From positions 1,623,628 to 1,687,627 of the forward strand of contig OZ037771.1 of the NCBI GenBank assembly GCA_964035545.1: a DNA stretch of 64,000 nucleotides, read 5' to 3'. This DNA comes from Bugula neritina (Eukaryota; Animalia; Bryozoa). The notes beneath the pieces were generated by a model. It was not told the origin of the DNA, did not search any database, and worked only from the letters and a program-made list of their open reading frames with translations. The translations under genes and the position numbers were made by a program. Shown here piece after piece: positions 60,901 to 64,000 of this stretch (positions are counted from its first letter, which is position 1; every line of letters begins with the position of its first letter).

Positions 60901-63668
60901 TGTTTTACCTGCAGAAATAATGCACAGATTAAGGCAAACTGATTTAAAAAAAAGTAATGGTAGAGCTAAGAGTTGCAAACATAAAAGTCTAGCAAGTTTT
61001 CCTTATGCAGTTTACAAGTTTTACAATGATCACTCATAAGAAATCACCTAATCCAGTAGCTCCAACAAACAGAAGCACCATCGGGTGTTTACAATTGGTC
61101 CATCCCATCTCCAGACGATTCACAACTGCAAACACATGTGTGACACTTCAACACTATTGAGTTACTAGACATTTACTAAACGACATAAGCACAGAAGTAG
61201 AAGTGTGTTAATATTATTATAAGTACGAGCAAAATTGATGATTAAATAAGTAGTATAAAAATGAGGAAAATACTTATAATATTAGTAAAAGAGACAATTA
61301 ATAGAAGTGACTGTCAAAGCTTTGTAAACCAGTTAGTTTATCTAGTTACAGAAGGAAACAACTCCCTATTGACTGTCTCACCGCTGGATACTTGCTCTAT
61401 GGCTAATTTCTGTCCAACCAGCTCTGTGGTCAAAACCTCTTTCAGATTTATATTCCTAAATACTTCAGAGTTTCTCTTTTTCTTCCTCTGAAAACAACGA
61501 ATAATTTATCCAAGTATTCCATAAAGCATATAACCGATAATTAATAAGCAATAAAAGATGTCTTCGTGTAGCTTAAAGCTAGAGGTAAATGTCAAGGACA
61601 CAACGTAAAAAGTCAGAGCTACGGGTTATTTAAACAAGCTGCCTTTACCTCAGCCTCCAGGGTCAATATTTGTGCCTTAGACTTGTCACTTCCCAGTTCA
61701 GCAGCCGTATAGCCTTTGCCATTCTTTAGTGACCCATCAACACCTTAATAGTAGAATCAGTAAACAGCATAGCATTTAGTAATGTTTAAGAGTCATCCTC
61801 TCTACAAGCTCAACAAATAGCTACTCAAATGTAGTGTTTGATTCATCAAAACTTTGAGTTGCAGAAAAACTAACTTAACATCAAAATTCTAAAATAATTA
61901 TCAAGAGCTTGTTGTTAGCAGCAGACCCATTATTAGCTGACAAATTTGTTTTTCTCCTTATTTTCTTTTAGCAAAAAGTCTCTGTTTTTTCAAATATGAA
62001 AATGTTAAAAACATTATTGCAAGTACACAGTATACATATGTTTGATTAAAAATATTGTCTATCATATCATACTGTGTAAAAGATGACAGACAGGTGGGCC
62101 TACTTTTAATGGAAATATTAGCAATTAAATTAAAAAAGTGAAAATAAACTGTTAAACTGCCTTGTGGGACATAGACTGCATTGCTGGAGAGAAAATGCAT
62201 TGTGGGACATTCACCATATTAATAGAGAAAATGCATAGTGGGACATCTACCGTATTGATAGAGGAGAGAAATTAAAGAATGGTGATTCATGAGGGAAGCA
62301 TAATGGAGGGCAGAACATCCGGCGAATGAGACCTCTTCATCTAAGTCATCACTGAACTCGAGCTTCCTGGCAGCCATTGCTGTAAACAGAATCAGTACGA
62401 TGCCTTAAAAATAGACAATAAATATTTATTAAAAATAAGTATTTCAGAATTAGATAAAGATTAAATTGTAATTTATACATAAAAGTAGACACGTGAGATA
62501 AATGATAGTTCATAAAGCAAACATTACTAATAAAAATGTTCAAATTTAACAATGCGGAAACATAAGAATAGGTAATAGGAGAGTGCGCAAAGAGAGCAGT
62601 TTGAGGAGTATGTTGTGATTGTGGCCAAAAGAATATATAAGACTATGAATGACCTATATAAGACTATGAATGACCTATATAAGATTATGAATGACCTATA
62701 TAAGACTATGAATGACCTATGTAAGACTATGAATGACCTATGTAAGACTATGAATGACCTATATAAGACTATGAATGACCTATATAAGACTATGAATGAC
62801 CTATATAAGACTATGAATGACCTATATAAGATTATGAATGACCTATATAAGACTATTAATGACCTATGTAAGACTATGAATGACCTATATAAGACTATGA
62901 ATGACCTAAATGACAGAAGTTGAGTCTCACATTTAATGCTGTTGGAGATGTTAAAGATTTTGTTTTCATTTTTCTTCAGAACAGGGTTGTAGTCATCCTG
63001 GATGTTAGGATCAGCTCCTGCTTCCAGGAGTAATTCCACAGCTCTGTGAGGCAGAGGGAAGATAAATCCCAATGAGATGTGTGCAGGAGATGAGATGAGT
63101 CAGAATATGTAGAAAGGTCAATATCAGTGAGCAGTTATGATAGAACTTATATTCAGAAGATATGACAGATTAGATTAGAAAGTAAAGTGGGGGTGTATCA
63201 GCTATAGATAGACTGCAGACCAAGCATACAATATATTAATGTAGGAAGTGCGAGAGAAAACACTAGTCCTGTGTAATACTTACGGCACATGCCCATTAAC
63301 TACTGCAGTCATGAGAGCAGTCCAGCCATATTTACATTTCTTATCCAGCTCTTGACCTTTGGCTATGTAACTGCAAACAAAGATTACAAAGTGTAAAAAT
63401 TATAAAGTAGAAAAATGAACTACTAAATTAGCGAGAAAATCATAAGTCTATTTTTACCTGACATATATTTAATCACTTGAATGTACTGCTATGAAGAGAA
63501 AATAAATTCACACAAAAAGATTAATATTTTAAAATTTTGATTACATGTTTTGTTTAGACAAACTAAACCTTAAAATATGATTTAATGTGAGAACAAATAT
63601 AATTAATCTGCGTTACCTTTCAATGGCCCTTACATCACCAATCTTACAGGCTGTCAAAAACGCATCAC
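57974..63668 (-). CDS. CLPB: Ankyrin-repeat AAA+ ATPase, CLPB/Skd3-like (5' end not identified)
   Basis: Ankyrin exons [36 protein letters not shown]; Walker A GATGLGKT; pore loop [11 protein letters not shown]; Walker [12 protein letters not shown]; [10 protein letters not shown]; Arg finger [10 protein letters not shown]; sensor-2 YGAR. About 13 exons, stop at 57974. Confidence 0.9.
59327..59832. repeat. ~19-bp minisatellite (CATACTACAGTATACACTA)n filling a CLPB intron
   Basis: Visible tandem array with variants. Confidence 0.95.
62635..62908. repeat. 21-bp minisatellite (ATATAAGACTATGAATGACCT)n, ~13 copies, CLPB intron
   Basis: Visible tandem array; source of spurious [14 protein letters not shown] ORFs. 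Confidence 0.96.
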
Positions 63669-64000
63669 CTACAAATATAGTGAATTTAAATTAACTAAAT
63701 TAGATTAAATAAAAAGCAAAATTTAAATAATTTCAACTACTTATGGATGAGAGCTTTCATTAACCATCAGTTAATTGTTTCTTGCCGTTGTAACATTATA
63801 TTGTTCTACAAACAAAGAAAAATAAAAGGTGATCAAATACAAAATTTATGTTTTTGGAATTCCCAGCGTTAGTCAGACACAGGACGAGTGAAATCATACC
63901 ATGAGTTGCTTCTTCATAGAGATAAAAATCCTTTTGTCGAGCGTGGCAAGTCCAATTCGACTTAAAGAAAACTTTATAGGCCAAGTAAACACCAGCTGCA

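Noticed and set aside
62527-62923. YKTMNDL / YRSFIVL repeat ORFs resembling coiled-coil or TM proteins
   Set aside because: Read-through of a 21-bp intronic minisatellite after the CLPB donor at ~62929.
63796-63984. 62-aa minus-strand ORF as the CLPB first exon
   Set aside because: No recognisable similarity and no confident splice connection.

Overview
AT-rich, intron-containing metazoan (invertebrate-type) genomic DNA with no prokaryotic features. Manual splicing gives nine protein-coding loci: ZMAT2 (+, 1011-4610); a 5-finger C2H2 transcription factor (+, 22399-26722) behind a ~17 kb non-coding region; an orphan 112-aa ORF with three synonymous-diverged KSYRVAVD repeats (-, 28681-29019); a Mesh/SUSD2-like NIDO-IPT-AMOP-VWD-Sushi-TM receptor (-, 30146-44548); a cGAS-like receptor (cGLR/Mab21 nucleotidyltransferase; +, 35465-38068) nested antisense in one intron of that receptor; a CYP4-clan P450 (+, 45489-49774); a secreted pentraxin-PAN protein (-, 50134-54038); an EPSTI1-like gene (-, 55308-56925); and an ankyrin-AAA+ CLPB/Skd3-like gene (-, 5'-partial, 57974-63668). 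Main findings: (1) the nested cGLR has an intact catalytic motif, a promoter with an abutting heat-shock element and NF-kB site, and a single UAG where a Trp is expected; (2) minisatellites built from copies of real exon-intron junctions recur in at least five genes; (3) the KSYRVAVD microprotein. Family assignments rest on motif recognition, not database searches.
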